The notes: generated from the letters alone by a model not told the origin. DNA of 64,000 nucleotides from Octopus bimaculoides (GCF_001194135.2 NC_068982.1:128012837-128076836), one strand, 5' to 3'; shown: positions 13,181 through 28,001, counted from the first letter of the stretch. A program made the numbers and translations.

Positions 13181-13599
13181 TGTGTATACTTGTGTATAAC
13201 CTGGGAGCATTGCATGTGACATGTGAGAAGTATTCAGTGTGAGTTTTAGTATATTTTACAAACCCAGATTCCTAATACTATGTGTCTTAATACTATATAT
13301 ATTCTGTGATGAGATTATAGTGTTATATACATATATTCCTTGAAAGTCAGTCATTTTTGTAGCATAGCTATATAACCTTTACATTTTGATTTTCATTGAA
13401 ACATAAATTTAACTCTTGGTTAGCCTTAATCAAGCAGGCCTTTGATCAAAAATTTCCCAGCTGTAATTTAGATGTAGTATATCTAGAACTACATTTATTC
13501 AATCTGTCCTTCCTTTTTGAAGTTGATATTATGTGATTTAAGGGAGATTTTGTTGGAAATTTTAGTAGGTCTGGTAGTTTCATAAATGCTCTTTCATTG

Positions 13600-15200
13600 G
13601 TTTAAATTTGGAATGTTTGATTTAATTGGAATTTACATGTAGGTGAGTTAACCATCGTATCAGAATATCAAGCAACTATGTTGAATATCCATAAGAGTTA
13701 AGCAATTAAAGTATGCCAGGAGATAAGTTTGGACCATAGTACATTAATGAAGCATTTGTCTAATCTTGACTGAGGGAGTGGAGTGGAATGTGGGAATGAA
13801 ATTGTTCAACACATGGATAACAAGAGTGAATTTAGCATAGGTATTGAATGTGGTGCTACATTCTACAAAGTATTGCTGATTACTGACTCAGTAACTACTG
13901 ACAGCTATAAAAGCTTTTGCACTGATTAAAATGAAAGAAAATTATAGTTGCAGTAGGAGAAGGGTGTGTGTTTGGTTTGTCTCAGTTAAAGAATATATGC
14001 CATTTTACATGTATGTGGTTGTACTGGAAACAAATTATAATGTGCATGATAATATCAATTAAATCATGCAGAAACAAAACAAATCCTTTCTATTTTCACT
14101 TGTTCTGATTACTTGCAATGGTTGGTAAAGTGAATTACAGCCAAGTTTTGTACAACATAATCTGAGTGTGAGCTGGGTAAGGAAGAACATGTAATCGGCA
14201 TAGAAATTTGTGGTGTTATAATTAAAAGTTGAAAAGTCATTAATGTACAGAAAATGCACAGAAAAACCGAACAAGAATCAAGGTACAATAGAGATGAGTG
14301 TATGTTCTGCAGCAGAACAGTTTTACAGGAAACTTATAGTTCAAGAAATGAAAAATGTGTGAATCCCATTGGGTTGAAATATAAGGGTTCTTGTGCTAGA
14401 ATTATTTGACTTCTTTCACAATATTTCTTTCATGATATCAAGGGCAACAACCTCATGAATTTGTTTTAATAGTAACTGTACTAGTGGGTCACTAAGAAGG
14501 TAAAGATATTGAGATTGGTAAACAAGGTGGAAGTTTCTAACTTATTCCAATCGCATTTGAAACTATGGAAGTAAGGTTAATAGTTGGCCAGTCAAAGAAA
14601 TTGCTGTTCTCAGTAACAGGATAGACTTGGGTGTTTCTTTAACGTTGAGTAAATCCCTTTAGAGGAAAAAGAACATAGTTGCTAGCTTGTGGATTTGGGG
14701 AACGTAGTTGCTAGCTTGTGGATTTACTGTTGGATGATAATAGAAAGAACACCATTAAGACTTGTTTGTTTGTGTGTATGCAGTACATAATTGGAAATAA
14801 AATAGGAAGTAAATGTAGTGGCCTTATCAAAGAGTAAAAGTGCTACTTATGAAACTATGTTTGATAAGAGGTTTCAGAAAAGAATGAATGTTTGGAGGTT
14901 AGAAAGCTTGCAAGCCACAGACATAAAGACATCCTTTACTTCTTTGATTGTCTTCTGGAAGACATAGTTGTGATGGGTAAATACCATCCATTTCATGATG
15001 GTAGATGTCTTCCTCCAGGCAGTGTTCTGTGTAGATCAATGATAAGGGATTAGGGATTTTGTGTTAGTCATATGATGAATGCCGAGTGATATAACTAAGA
15101 GTCTGGTATTGGTTATCTTCTTGTCTTTACAGATAAGTACACATACTGGTGTTGGTATTCCAAATTTGAAATATTTCATTGGGTGTCTCTGAACTTTTTT
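13600..15200 (-). mobile_element. Heavily decayed CR1/Jockey-like LINE RT region
   Basis: Minus strand reads VVALDI at about 14430-14450 and KTQVYPV-like remnants near 14610-14640; many stops. Confidence 0.4.
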
Positions 15201-16599
15201 TCCTTTTCTTAAGAATAACAAAACATCACTTTTTAACAATAGTGTTCACATTTTTAGCACCCACATTTTCTATGCTACCATTAACTGGATAGATAATGCC
15301 ACATATTGTAATTCCATCTGGTCTTTCATAATTAGCCAGGTTTAGAATTTAACCTCATGGTTACTCTCAAGAATTGAAAACAAGAAGATTAAATAGCTGT
15401 GAAAATACTATTCCGACTCTTCTTTGAGGTTCAGTATCAAGAGATGTGACCTTGCCATTTTCCACACCTTCTCTAGTCTTCATCTTCTACTGTTATCAGT
15501 ACTGACAGCATGTTGCATGTTTTCAGTTCACACTAACTGTCCATCTACACATGTCTAAACTAGAGCAGCTGTCTCTCCTATACACTTTTGCTAATACCGT
15601 TAATACTCAGCTGTTATCTCATTTCCCTTGTGCTCTTCCTTTTATTACAAGTTAACATTGCACGTGCAGCAGTTTATGCTCACCTCATTTATTTCAGTAA
15701 TAATGCAGATCTTTCTTGCAGCCTCATAACTCTCACACATGCTTCAGGCTGTCTACTTTGTGAACAGATAGAAACTCATTGTTGCCAACAAAGGCCACAT
15801 CTCCCTGAACTTCTGCCCCTTTCTTAAATTAGAAGCAATGCTTTTAATTTAGCCACCTCAAGCACTAATTACATTACCTAGGTAATAGAAATTATCTACT
15901 ACATCCAGGGAATCCTTTTATGGGTGCTTCTACTGCTAGCGACTCTTGTGCATCTATGTATCTAGCATAAAGGTCCTGCTTCTGTGAAAAATCTGTTTTA
16001 TTAAATTTTTACAAGCAATGTTCTTTACAATTTTACACTAATTTATGAATGATATGATTTAGAGAAATTTATGCAATAATAATAATAACCTTTCCATTCA
16101 GCTCTATGTATAGCTTAAGTATAATAAATGAGATGCTAACCAAGAAATTATATTGTGATGAATTACATGTAATTTTACATTTATGCAGTTAGATAATAAT
16201 GGTTGGACTGATCAATTGGCAGTTGTATTAAGATAAGTTATCAATTAATATATTTTGTTTATTTATCTTAATATTTTTATTTATTGTAAGAAATAAGATT
16301 TTATGTGAACACAAAATTTCATTTATCTCCTTTGTGTTGCGATACTTATCTATATTATGATTTGCAATTTTATTATGATAACAAAGCTTTGACATCAACC
16401 ATGAAATGGCTAAAATTATAATTTTTGATTTAGCTAGAAACAGAGTTAAAAAACGATCTGTTCAGTTATTTAGTCTTATCTTTTACTATTCCATTAATCA
16501 GCCATTAAATGAATTTTTAAACATAACTGAAAAACAATTAGAGATGATGTTCTAAAAAACACAAAAACAATATTGAAAATATGGAAAGTATTGTATTAT

Positions 16600-17010
16600 G
16601 TTCAGAATCTCACTCTGAAACCATGTGATTTTGGGTTCAGTCCCACTGCATAGTACTTTGGAGAAGTGTTTTCTACTACAGCCCAAGGGCAACCAATGCT
16701 TTGTGAGTGAATTTGGTTGACAGAAACTGTGTAGAAGCTCATCATATGTATATGTATATATCTATGTGTGTGTGTGTGTTTGTGTCTCTTCATGCATATG
16801 CTATATTTGTTCCCCACCACCACCAATACTTGACAACTTGTGTCTGTTTATGTATCTGTAACTTAGCAGTTTAGCAAGAGACCGATAGAATAAGTATTAA
16901 ACTTGAAAAAAAGTAATTGGGCATTAGGGTTAATCTGTTCAATTAAAACCTTCAAGGTGATGTCCCAGCAGGGCTGCAGGCCAATGTCTGAAACAAATAA
17001 AAGATAAAGA
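16600..17010 (+). mobile_element. SINE-A, degenerate
   Basis: gggttcagtcccactgc B-box; gagaccgatagaataagta body. Confidence 0.75.
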
Positions 17011-17991
17011 TCATCATCATCATCATTTAACATACGCTTTCCATGCTAGCATGGGTTGGACGATTTGACTGAAGACTGGCAAACCAGATGGCTGCACCAG
17101 GCTCCAATCTGATCTGGCAGAGTTTCTACAGCTGGATGCCCTTCCTAATGCCAACCACTCCGAGAGTGTAGTGGGTGCTTTTACGTGCCACCGGCACAAG
17201 GGCCAGTCAGGCGTTACTGGCAACGGCCATGTTCAAAATGGTGTCTTTTACATGCCACCTGCACAGGAGCCAGTCCAGCGGCACTGGCAACAACTGTGCT
17301 TGAATGTTTTTTCATGTGCCAGTAAGGCGACACTGGTAACAATCATGCTCAAATGGTGTTATTTACGTGCCACCGGCACAGAAGCTAGACAGCTGCTCCG
17401 GTAATGATCACGCTTGGACGGTGCTGTTGGCACTCCACTGGTACAGGTGCCAGTCATTGAATTTGGTTCAATTACGATTTCAATTTCACTTGCCCCAACC
17501 GGTCTTCGCAAGCAGAGTTTAGTGTCCAATGAAGGAAATGTTGGCATGGGTGCCAGTTGTCGAATTTGGTTCGATTTCGATTTCACTTGCCTCAACTGAT
17601 CTTCACAAGCAGAGTTTAGTGTCCAATGAAGTAAAGGTACGTATAAGTGGGCTGGCTACACCCCTGGCAAAGGCCATGGATTATGGTCTCACTTGGCTTG
17701 CCGGGTCTTCTCACGAACAGCATATTTCCAATGGTCTCGGTCACTAGTCATTGTCTCGGTGAGGCCTAATGTTCGAAGGTCGTGCTTCACCACCTCATCC
17801 CAGGTCTTCCTGGGTCTACCTCTTCCACAGGTAGCCTCAACCGCAAGGGTGTGGCACTTTTTCACACAGCTATCCTCATCCATTCTCACCACATGAACAT
17901 ACCAGTGCAATCGTCTCTCTTGCACACCACAACTGATGCTTCTTAGGTCTAACTTTTCTCTCAAGGTACTTACACTCTGTCGAGTATGCAC
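17008..17991 (-). mobile_element. RTE LINE 3' fragment: ORF C-terminus contiguous with ~680-nt 3' UTR and (GAT)n
   Basis: ORF 17689-17991 ...RRLHWYVHVVRM...GRGRPRKTWDEVVKHDL...REKTRQAK*. Confidence 0.9.
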
Positions 17992-18266
17992 NNNNNNNNN
18001 NNNNNNNNNNNNNNNNNNNNNNNNNNNNNNNNNNNNNNNNNNNNNNNNNNNNNNNNNNNNNNNNNNNNNNNNNNNNNNNNNNNNNNNNNNNNNNNNNNNN
18101 NNNNNNNNNNNNNNNNNNNNNNNNNNNNNNNNNNNNNNNNNNNNNNNNNNNNNNNNNNNNNNNNNNNNNNNNNNNNNNNNNNNNNNNNNNNNNNNNNNNN
18201 NNNNNNNNNNNNNNNNNNNNNNNNNNNNNNNNNNNNNNNNNNNNNNNNNNNNNNNNNNNNNNNNNN

Positions 18267-18305
<39 letters not shown>

Positions 18306-19437
18306 TCTTTCTTTTGAATCCTCAATTGCATATGGTGCTGTTTTGGGCTATTTTAAAATCTGGCTGACCCATGTTCTCTGCAGGTTGGACCACCACACTC
18401 AATTTCTTTTAGAAAGAGGGAGAAACAGACAGACAGAGAAAGAAAGAAAGAAAGAAAGAAAGAGTGGGAGAGAAAAATTGATACCAGTACAGGACTGGCA
18501 TTTTATTTCTTGATCCCTGAAAGGCAAAGTTTTGAACAAAATTTTGAACCAAGAGCTCAAACAGTTGGAACAGTTACCACCAGGCATTTTATCTGATGCG
18601 CCATCGACTTGGCCAAATCACTACCTACAAACACACACACACACACCTAAAGTATCAAAAGGAAATAAATTATATGATTGTATTGCTTTTTCTTTTCTGT
18701 TTTCGTTAAGACCCAGAGATAAAAATACTAATATACAGATCTTACTTGCTATCATGTAACTTGATTTGCTCTTGGGCATCCAATGCTGCTTATCTGTTTG
18801 ATAAGCAGCTACTTAAAGGAGATATACTACGTCACACTTAAAGCACTTGATTTAATCTTGAAATTTTAGTTGAGTTTCTTTTATTGCATACTGTTGAGTA
18901 TTATTAAAAGGTGGAAAATAAAAAAAAGAAATGAAATAAAATATCAATCAGGAAATGTCTGTTGAGAGATGTTTAAGATAAATTGTATAAATATTATACT
19001 GTATAAATATTATGCTTTGTCATACACAAACCCATCACATTATATCTTGTAAGCAAATGTTTTCTATTTGATAGGATTTGTAAGCAACTCAATTGTTTAA
19101 TTTCATTTATCAAGATTAACAACAACAATAATAATAATAATTATCAACTGCACATAATCAATGTATGTGTTTTGCTTGTTCACCAGTTTGCTATGGTGTA
19201 GCACTTTGGGGACAACTCTCTCATAGCACTGGGTTGTAAAACACCTAAAAGTCATAGACAAGTGAGACAACTTGCCTCCAATCTTATTTAGGAATGATGG
19301 ATACTGCTATTTCGCCAGTGCTGTGGGGGACTCGTCCCTAAGGCATTATACTGCAGTCAACCAGTGAACAAGCAAATCAATACATTATGTGCAATCAATA
19401 ATGTTTACATTATTGGTGCTGCTTTTAATTTGTAATT

Positions 19438-19930
19438 TAATAATGATAATTGTTTTAAATTTTGGCATATGGTCAAGAATTTTCGGGGAGAGAGTACGTC
19501 GATTACATCAACCCCAATACTCAGCTGGTAAGAGGAAAGGCAAAGTGGACTGTGGTGGAATTTGCACTCAAAACGTGGCAATGGATGAAATACTACTAAG
19601 CATTTCACCTGGCATACTAATGATTCTGCCAGCTCGTGGCCTAAGCACAAGGCCTAAAATTTTGTGGGAGGGGGCTAATCAGTTACATCAACCCCAGTGC
19701 TGAACCGGTACTTATTTTATTGACTCCAAAAGGATGAAAGGCTAAGTTTACCACAGTAGAACGATTCTGCCAGCTCACCGCCTTAATAATAATAATAATG
19801 ACCCTTTCTACAACAAGCACAAAGCCTGAAATTTGGGGGAGGGGGATAATCGATTACATCGACCCCAGCACTCAGCTGGTACTTATTTTATCAACCCCAA
19901 AAGGATGAAAGGCAAAGTCGAACTTGACAG
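19438..19930 (-). mobile_element. Tandem run of about three partial SINE-B copies
   Basis: Repeated gattacatc(a/g)acccca and aaaaggatgaaaggc motifs with (AAT)n tracts. Confidence 0.75.
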
Positions 19931-20400
19931 AATTTTCTTTCCTTTTTCCTCCTTTATTTTATTTGTTTACTTTTCTATTTTTTCTTTTTTCTCCCTTTCT
20001 TCCCCTTTTCCTCTCTCACATGACGGTAAATGAACAATTTGGTGTGCTTGTTCTAATGGCCTATCAATGTATGCAATATGTTCCTCTGCCCTAGGTGTCA
20101 GGAAGACACTCGGCAAGAAATGGTAACAGAATTGAAAAAAAGATGAAAATGATAATAATAATAATTTTAATTTTAATACATAGGACAACCCTGCCAAGCT
20201 ACTTGTATGTCATTTTTGTGCTAGAGAGAAGGCTGAACCATTCTTGTCATGAATACATCTATTTTACTTTGCCTTTGGAGATTTAGATATATTTCTTTTT
20301 ATATAATTTTAAGAAAAATTACCTATTTGGTTTTTTTTTTGTTTTGTTTCTCATAAAAGTGTTCCATCTTCTTCGATGTAGAAACATCAGCTCACCTTGT

Positions 20401-20640
20401 CTCTAAAGGCTTCATAAATTGAAATGCAGAAGTCAACTGCTTAAAGTCTTCAGAGCAGAATTAAATTCAAACGTCATCCTTTAAAGGCTTCGTAACATTA
20501 TCAAACACAAAAATCAACCTCCAATGGCTTCACAGCAAAATTGAATGCTAAAGTCAACTTAAATTAGCAATTTCATTTGTTAAATGGAATGCTGTGTCTT
20601 AAATTTGCTTCAGAGAATTACAATTATTCAAAAACAAAGA
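20401..20640. repeat. Degenerate ~40-nt minisatellite
   Basis: aaaggcttc-like anchors at 20405, 20443, 20483 and 20523 (spacings 38, 40, 40). Confidence 0.55.
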
Positions 20641-22574
20641 AAAAAAATGCTTCAACTTGCTTGCTCAATCTGCTTGAAATTACAACTTCCTGCAAATCAA
20701 ACCCTGCTGTTTTACTGAAGGGAATCTTTGATAATGTGATCCTGGATTTCCTGCACATGCAGATAAGATGAGATGGTCATGGTTGGAATGCTTTTGATCA
20801 TAGTTCTACTCGATCAGGGCTCACTTGTGGCTGAACAACAACATTTATTAATATAAATCAGTTTTATTCTGAATTGCTGCCAGAGAACTACATTTTGTTC
20901 ATACCCCTCAATTTTTGCATGGTTTCTATGGCTGGATGCTCTTTCTAACACCAACAACCTTACAAAGTGTACTTGGTGTTTATATCATGGCACCAATACT
21001 AGAGAAACTTGGCATATACCTGGCAAAGCTAAAAGACCTGCACAACTCAGAAAGTATGACGAAGAAGGGTATCGAAAGAAATAGCAATGACAGTAGGACT
21101 ACAATGAGTCAGTGAGTGAGTAGGTGAAAGGCAGAGGTGTGTATGATGGGAGAAACAGTAATTGAGATGTGAAGGCAGTTGAGTGGCAGCAATAGTAGTT
21201 TTGAATTAATTTAAAATTGAAAAATGGAAATTGTGTGAATAACTATCTCATTCAAAATTGGAGTATAAAATTGGCAATCAGCCAGAAGTTCAAACAACTG
21301 CTTATAAAAAATATCTGATAGCGTAAAATAGAATGGAAATATTTGTAGATTTTATTAACTAAAAGTATTAGAATAACACTTTCCACTTAAAGTAGATGTA
21401 ATTATATATATAATGTGTACATATATGTATATTTATATGTATATGTATATATTTTTTTAATCTGAAAACTTGGGTTGAATCATTATTTTATTCTGCTTCT
21501 ATTGTTAAATCATGCAAATATCTTTCAAAACTACATTAACAAAATCCTGTTTGTTCGTTGGTGGATAATAATATCTAAACAAAATACTTCAAGTGCATAA
21601 AATGGGAAAATTTTCAAGAATTAGTGATCAGAATAATTGTAGCTGCCATATATCTTTCCATATGTCCAGAGAGCTACAACAGTTGAAACCAACTAAAGGG
21701 GATTGTGTGTAATAATTACAAATAGTTCAAACAGTGTAATAAATTGTATGCCATGAGGAAGAAAAGTCTAATGTTTTGGCCCGATGCAGAACATTAATAG
21801 TTTGCTCAGATTCTGCTGTTTTACTGTATAATAATTATCCAAGTCAGTTTTGCGTATAATATTGAATGCTTTGTGAGCTTTTAAAATAAAATAAATAGAA
21901 ACTATACAAATCTTCATATAAATTAATATTGAAAAATTGCTTAAGCAGAAAATTGGGGAAAGTTACAATATATGTTTGCTTACTATATTTTTATTTATAT
22001 TTCTAATAAAAACATTTTGGAAATTTGGAGACATTTGAAGTCAAATGTTTTGTTCAAACCAATTTTATTCTCAACTTTATCATTTATTTTGTAAGACAAT
22101 GAATTTGTCTATAAGATTTTAGTAACTTATCTCCTTTGAAATTCCTCTTTATTGTTATGTAGGAAACAAATACTTCCAGAAGCTTTATTCAGTAATTCCA
22201 GTCTGTCGCTGTTCTTGTTGTAGACCAAAATTTTTTTTATTTTTATTTGATTGAAGAGCTAATGCATCACACTGTGCACAATGTCTGATACTGTGTTTAA
22301 AACATTACATGTATATGCACGTGACAAATTGTAGAACATTCTCTACAGTTTAGAGTTCCAAATATTGGAGGAATATGTACAACATGTTAGCTTCAACATA
22401 AAACATTATTAATTGGTATACAGGTTCTAATGTTTAGTTGTGGCTTCTCATCAATAATAACAGAAAAATCACAAGGTGTACACACATCAAAAGTACTACT
22501 TTTATCTTCATACTTTATTCAATTTTCATGTAATTCTTCATTCTTTTAAGTTTTATTTGGGTAACTTGCAAGAA

Positions 22575-22850
22575 TGAAGGTGCATGGCTTAGTGGTTAGT
22601 GTGTTAGTGTGTTACATTCATGGTTTCAAGATCATGGTTCATGCTTTCAATTTCTGGACTGAGAAGGGTGTTGTTTTCTTGGGCAAGATACTTCATTTCA
22701 TGTTGCTCCAGTCTGCTCAGTTGTAAATGAGTCACCCCACCTTATGATGGACTGGCATCCCATTCAGTAGGTGGTGAATATTATGATCTCAGTCACCTAT
22801 ATGCCACGGAAACCTGGCCACTGGCCCTATGAGTCCAAGGACTTGAGACG
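22575..22850 (+). mobile_element. tRNA-derived SINE-C type
   Basis: tggcttagtgg A-box, cttgggcaagatact core, gatgggactggcatccc domain. Confidence 0.65.
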
Positions 22851-23211
22851 GTAATATCCAAAGTTTGATGATGATTATGATTATGATGAAAGTGCAAGGG
22901 CTCTGCAATTTACTATATCTTTCCACCCACCATTATATTTAAAAATTGCATAATATCCTTTGATGTCATCCAGCTGATTTGTTTCAACCAAAGGATCTGT
23001 TTCGAATTCGTAAGTATGTTTCCACACAAACAATGCAAACTAAAATCATCTGCTTTCATCAGGAATTGTTCAAACAGGCTTAATTTCTGCATTTGTTGTA
23101 CACCTTTAGAAAAGAAAGGATCTATCGTTTAGTGTACAGTTAGTCATTATTGATAAAACTGATCTCATTGAATGTAAAAGTTTCTGAGATAATTGACTCT
23201 CAAATATATTC

Positions 23212-23600
23212 TTTTATTTGTTTCAGTCATTTGACTGCAGCCATGCTGGAGCATCACTTCTAGTCGAACAAATTGACCCTAGGACTTATTCTTTGTAAGC
23301 CTAGTACTTATTCTATCGGTCTATTTTGCCAAACTGCTAAGTTACAGGAATGTAAACACACCAACATCGGTTGGCAAGTGATGGTTGGTGGGGGGGGGAA
23401 AAACACAGACACACAAACATATATACATACATACATGACGGGCTTCTTTAAGTTTCCATCTACCAAATCTACTCACAAGGCTTTGGTTGGCCTGAGGCTA
23501 TAGTAGAAGACACTTGCCTACGGTGCCACGCAATGGGACTGAACCCAGAATCATGTGGTTGGTAAGCAAATTACTTACCACATAGCCACTCCTACACCTA
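23212..23600 (-). mobile_element. SINE-A
   Basis: Full head-to-tail match to the family. Confidence 0.85.
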
Positions 23601-23649
23601 TGGAAACTTGCGATGTTTAAAGCTAATTGCATAAACGGTAAAGTCTCCC

Positions 23650-24500
23650 ACATAACGTCATTAAGTCACTGGAATTGGTCATTGCTGTCTGGATTATATG
23701 GAATGAGACATTGTCACTATGATTTATTCCCGATTTTAATTTTAAGAATTCTGATGTCTTAAACTGAGATTCTAGTTCACATGCATGTAAGTTGTATTCC
23801 CAGAGAAAACAAATAATTGAGTCTAAGGTTTAATTATTGTTGTATCACTGATACCTGGACAGGAATAGGCTAATGTGAACCTTGTGTACTCATCAACAAT
23901 AAGCAAAATGTACTTAAGTTCTTATTCTTTGTACAAGGTTCCTTTAGCCGCATAATGTCAATTGATCATCTTTCCAGTAGCTGGAATTGTGCATATCAGC
24001 ACCTTACATTGCAAGAAGTACAATGCAAAAGAACCAATCTGATAATACAATGATCGATAATCTTAGCTTTAAATTTATAGAATCTTTCAGAATCTCATTA
24101 GGAAGATGTTCTTTATGGAGTAAGTCATTTGGTTCTCTTTGTGTTACCCGCAACACTCACCATCTTTCATTAGATGCTATTCTTCAAATCACATCTAACT
24201 ACCTTCTTAGCTAATTTCTCTCCTGGTCTTATCCTTTAAAAATGTCATGCATGTAAACATAATCTTTAAGTGGAAGAAGCTGAATGACTGTAAGGTAATG
24301 AAAGTTTTCTTAAGTTCAGTAAAGTAATTGAGTGGTAGATACTGTCTTTAGTTTCATGATTTCTGACAATTTCCCAAATCTCCTGGTTAAATAGTTAAGC
24401 TTATGAAATCGGACTTAACAATTGTTGACTCAATTCCAGATCACAATAATACTCCTCACTTTCATTCTTGCTTTCATGATAATGCTATTTTTCAAGAGAG
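23650..24500 (-). mobile_element. Decayed Ty3/Gypsy pol (RNase H end/integrase) fragment
   Basis: Minus strand 23915-23770 reads KYILLIVDEYTRFTLAYSCPGISDTTIIKP*TQLF (rve integrase first-Asp motif); IRPGEK near 24220-24235. Confidence 0.6.
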
Positions 24501-25025
24501 AGTGAGTGGGTGGGGAGGACTCTTTGATTAATAGTAATAGTGAGATTGTTTCACCATAGCTCTGCTATACCTATCTCACCTATTGATCAAATGGTAATAT
24601 CAAACCACTTAAAGACACTCTATTATTATGCTAAATTATATAAACATAAACTCTAATTTCAGATTAATGTTGTGCTGTTACTTTTGTTAATTTTAAGCTT
24701 TTGTTAATTTTACTGTTTCATATTTTTCTGTTCTTAAGGAAAGGCAAATGTGGTTCTACTTTCTTTTAAATATGTTGCATACCTAATGGATGAGTTCTCT
24801 CCCTTATTTAAACTAGGTTTTGTGTTTTGTAACGTATCATGTGCTGAGTGAGTTCACTTCCTTATTTAGAAGTTTTATCATTTAGTGAATAAAACCCTTG
24901 GTTTATTGACCCCTAATTGTTACTTCTTACAACATGCACCATGAAAGGTATTCTTCAATCAGCTGGAATGATTTGAATGATTCCTTACGACACATTGATA
25001 CAGCAAGGACTTTGATAATTACTAT

Positions 25026-25240
25026 AAGGTGGTGAGCTGGCCAAAATGTTAGCACGTCGGGCGAAATGCTTAGCAGTATTTCGTCTGTCTTTAAATTCTG
25101 AGTTCAAATTCTGCTGCGGTTAACTTTGCCTTTCATCCTTTCAGGGTCAATAAATTAAGTAGCGTACTGAGGTCGATCTAATCAACTGCCCCCCCCCAAA
25201 AAAAATTTTGGGCCTTGTGCCTAGAGTAGAAAAGATTATC
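25026..25240 (+). mobile_element. SINE-B
   Basis: aaggtggtgagctggc head; ttctgagttcaaattc B-box. Confidence 0.8.
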
Positions 25241-27111
25241 TATGACTACTATGGACACCACCAAAAGTTTCTATACTCCTTATCACTTCCACATCATTGT
25301 CGTCATCAACCCTTCACTCACTCTAGTCACACTCAACAACACTGTCTACTAAAACTACTGAAATCAACACACCAACACCATGCTCATCTTCTGGATACTC
25401 TTGCCACGTAAATTTGTAATTCTCTTCTTGGCTTCCTTCACCACTTTCACACCACTCCCCTTTTTTCTTGTCTTTGGCACACACTACATGTCTACTCTTC
25501 TTCGGATCAGTGCCTCCACCACTTAACCTGATCTCTTTTTCATCATTCCTGTATTCTACATCTCAAACCTTATTATATACCAGTCTCCACAAGGGACATC
25601 ATAAAGGGACTGACTTACTTTGACCAGGTTTCCTCATTGTTTTGACCATAATAAAAAAAGAACAGTAATAAATGAGTGAAAAAAAGATGTATAGTATGTG
25701 TGTTTATTTGGCAAAAAAAAAAGATGATCAACCTGAAATACAATAATTTCAAATTCTTACATTAATATTGTGTCGCTTGAACAAATTGAAACTAATCCTT
25801 ATAGAAGTATTATTATGAAGGACTTAAATGTAGATCATTGTTATTATCATCACTAACATCCAATTTTCCATACTTGCATGGGTCAGATGCATTTTGTTGA
25901 GGCAGGTTTTCTGCAGCCCACTATCTTTCCTGTTACTAACCCTCACCTGTTTCAAAACAACGTCGTATTTTCCTGTAGCCAGACAGGTTCTTCACAGAAT
26001 ACTAGAAACAAACATCACCACTTGTATAACAGTGGTACTCATTTATACTGCACTTAAGTTGCATAAATTGAATTTATAGTATAACATTATTAATAAATTA
26101 CCAAGTACAAAAACATATGTAACAGATGAAATAAACGAACAGAGTTCATGCCACTGTTATTTTCATCACACATACACACAACACGTTTTTTTTTAGTTTC
26201 CATCCACTAAAGCCCATTCACAAGGTTTTGGTCAACCAAAGGCTATAGTGGAAGGTATGGTTAAATATGGTTAAAGGTGCTGTACAATGAGTCTGAATGG
26301 AAAATATAATTAAATTTGTAAAACTTGAAAAATTAGAGCCACCCTTTAAATCCTTTTCAGGAGCAGTTTCCTTTCCTCAAACATTGCTTTACATTTCTTT
26401 AGATATATTTAGATTATATATGTCACCATTCTATTCCACACAGTACCATTTGAAGTTATTTGTATTTTCAAAATAACACAACTTATATATTTATTTTAAA
26501 ATTTATCAGTATTCTTGTCAATAATATTTGGCATATTTCATTTGTTTGTTTGTTTTGTTTACGATTTTGTTTTTTTAGTATTTTTTAAAATTGTCAAATT
26601 TTTCAATTAATAGTTTTAACAGCAAAAATATTGACTTGTTGATTTTCATTTTATAATTTAGCCAGAATATTTCTGTAGGATATCAACATATTTCAAGTAG
26701 TGAAAGAATGAGCAAGCAAAGCAGAGATAGTCTTGTGCTAATTTTTAAACTTCTTTTTGAACATGAAATAGAAAAATAAATGAAAAATAGTTGACGTGGT
26801 ATTTACAAACCAATACTTTTCTATGCTATTGATGAGCAGCTGAGGAACACGATAATTCATTTCGTGGTTTTATTCTTTCCCTAGAAATATTTAAATAGTT
26901 TTTAAAGTTAAGAGCATCAAAATGTCGATAATTAGCTCTTAATTTATGGATAGATGCATAAAATTCAGTTTAAATGTAAAATGATTACAAAAGTATTGCA
27001 TGTGATTATTATGCAATATTGATTTCATTTTATATCAGCATTTTAAGATTTACACCAATATTGTTAAATGATATATTTAAATTAAATTTGGAAGTTTGAT
27101 AATTGTGTCAT

Positions 27112-27500
27112 CATTTCATGTCTGATTTTCCAGGCTTGCATGGGTCAGATGCAATTTGTTAAGGTAGATGTTTTACAGTCAGATACTCTTCCTGTCTCCA
27201 ACTCTTGCCTGTTTCTAAACATGGTAATACTCCCCATGGCCAGACATGTTTTTCCACAGAAGACTGAAAGTAAACAACATGACCTACACGATGGCGATAC
27301 CCAATTCCAACCAACGCATGATGTCAGGACAAGGACACATACATATTTATATGATAGGCTTCTTTCAGTTACCATCTACCAAATCCAGTCACCAAGTATT
27401 GATCTGCTCAGGGCTATAGAAGCCGCTTGCCAAAGATGTCACACAGTGGAACTGAACCTGAGATTACATGATTGGGAAGCAAGTTTGACAATCACGCAAT
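27112..27500 (-). mobile_element. SINE-A head with alternative (GAT)n-ending tail (A2). Related tail at 25846-26070
   Basis: gcatgggtcagatg tail joined via microsatellite to ccatctaccaaatcc...ggaactgaacc head. Confidence 0.65.
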
Positions 27501-27970
27501 CATGCCTGCACCAGTGTGCATGCGTAAAGCTGTATACGCAAGTTGGTATGGATGTGTTTGTGTGATACCAAGTCCAAGAGAGGATGCTAGTTGTGAAGAT
27601 TCATTACCAAAATAATTTCACCGGTTCCTGCATCTGTTTTCTTTATAGTGATGTCATTACTCTAAGAATGGTCTGCATCCTTATCAGCATTCTGTGACAT
27701 GCTGTAAGGGCCTATCTATACACACAACACAGATTTACTAATGAGAATCAACACAAAAATAGCATGCATCTGCACTTGCAGAATGGTTGCTTTCACTGCC
27801 TCAATTTCAAAATGGGAAATATTTGGTTGATGTAAAACAAAATTGTTTGAGACTACTCAGTCACAGAATTTCTCAGCTGTCCTTACTTCCTAAGTTTGGC
27901 TTGTTATGTACTGATGTGTGTGTTTGTATTTTTATAATGTATATATGATTGTCTCTATGTATGATGTGTG

Positions 27971-28001
<31 letters not shown>

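Noticed and set aside
14671-14726. 29-nt tandem duplication (also a 16-nt one at about 28096-28127)
   Set aside because: Ordinary slippage duplications; not CRISPR-like.
22974-23009. 36-nt in-frame micro-exon candidate (cag|CTG...TTC|gtaagt)
   Set aside because: Weak polypyrimidine tract; LICFNQRICFEF would interrupt an ankyrin repeat; such matches are expected by chance.
27140-27565. 141-aa ORF
   Set aside because: Lies in an antisense SINE-A2 copy.
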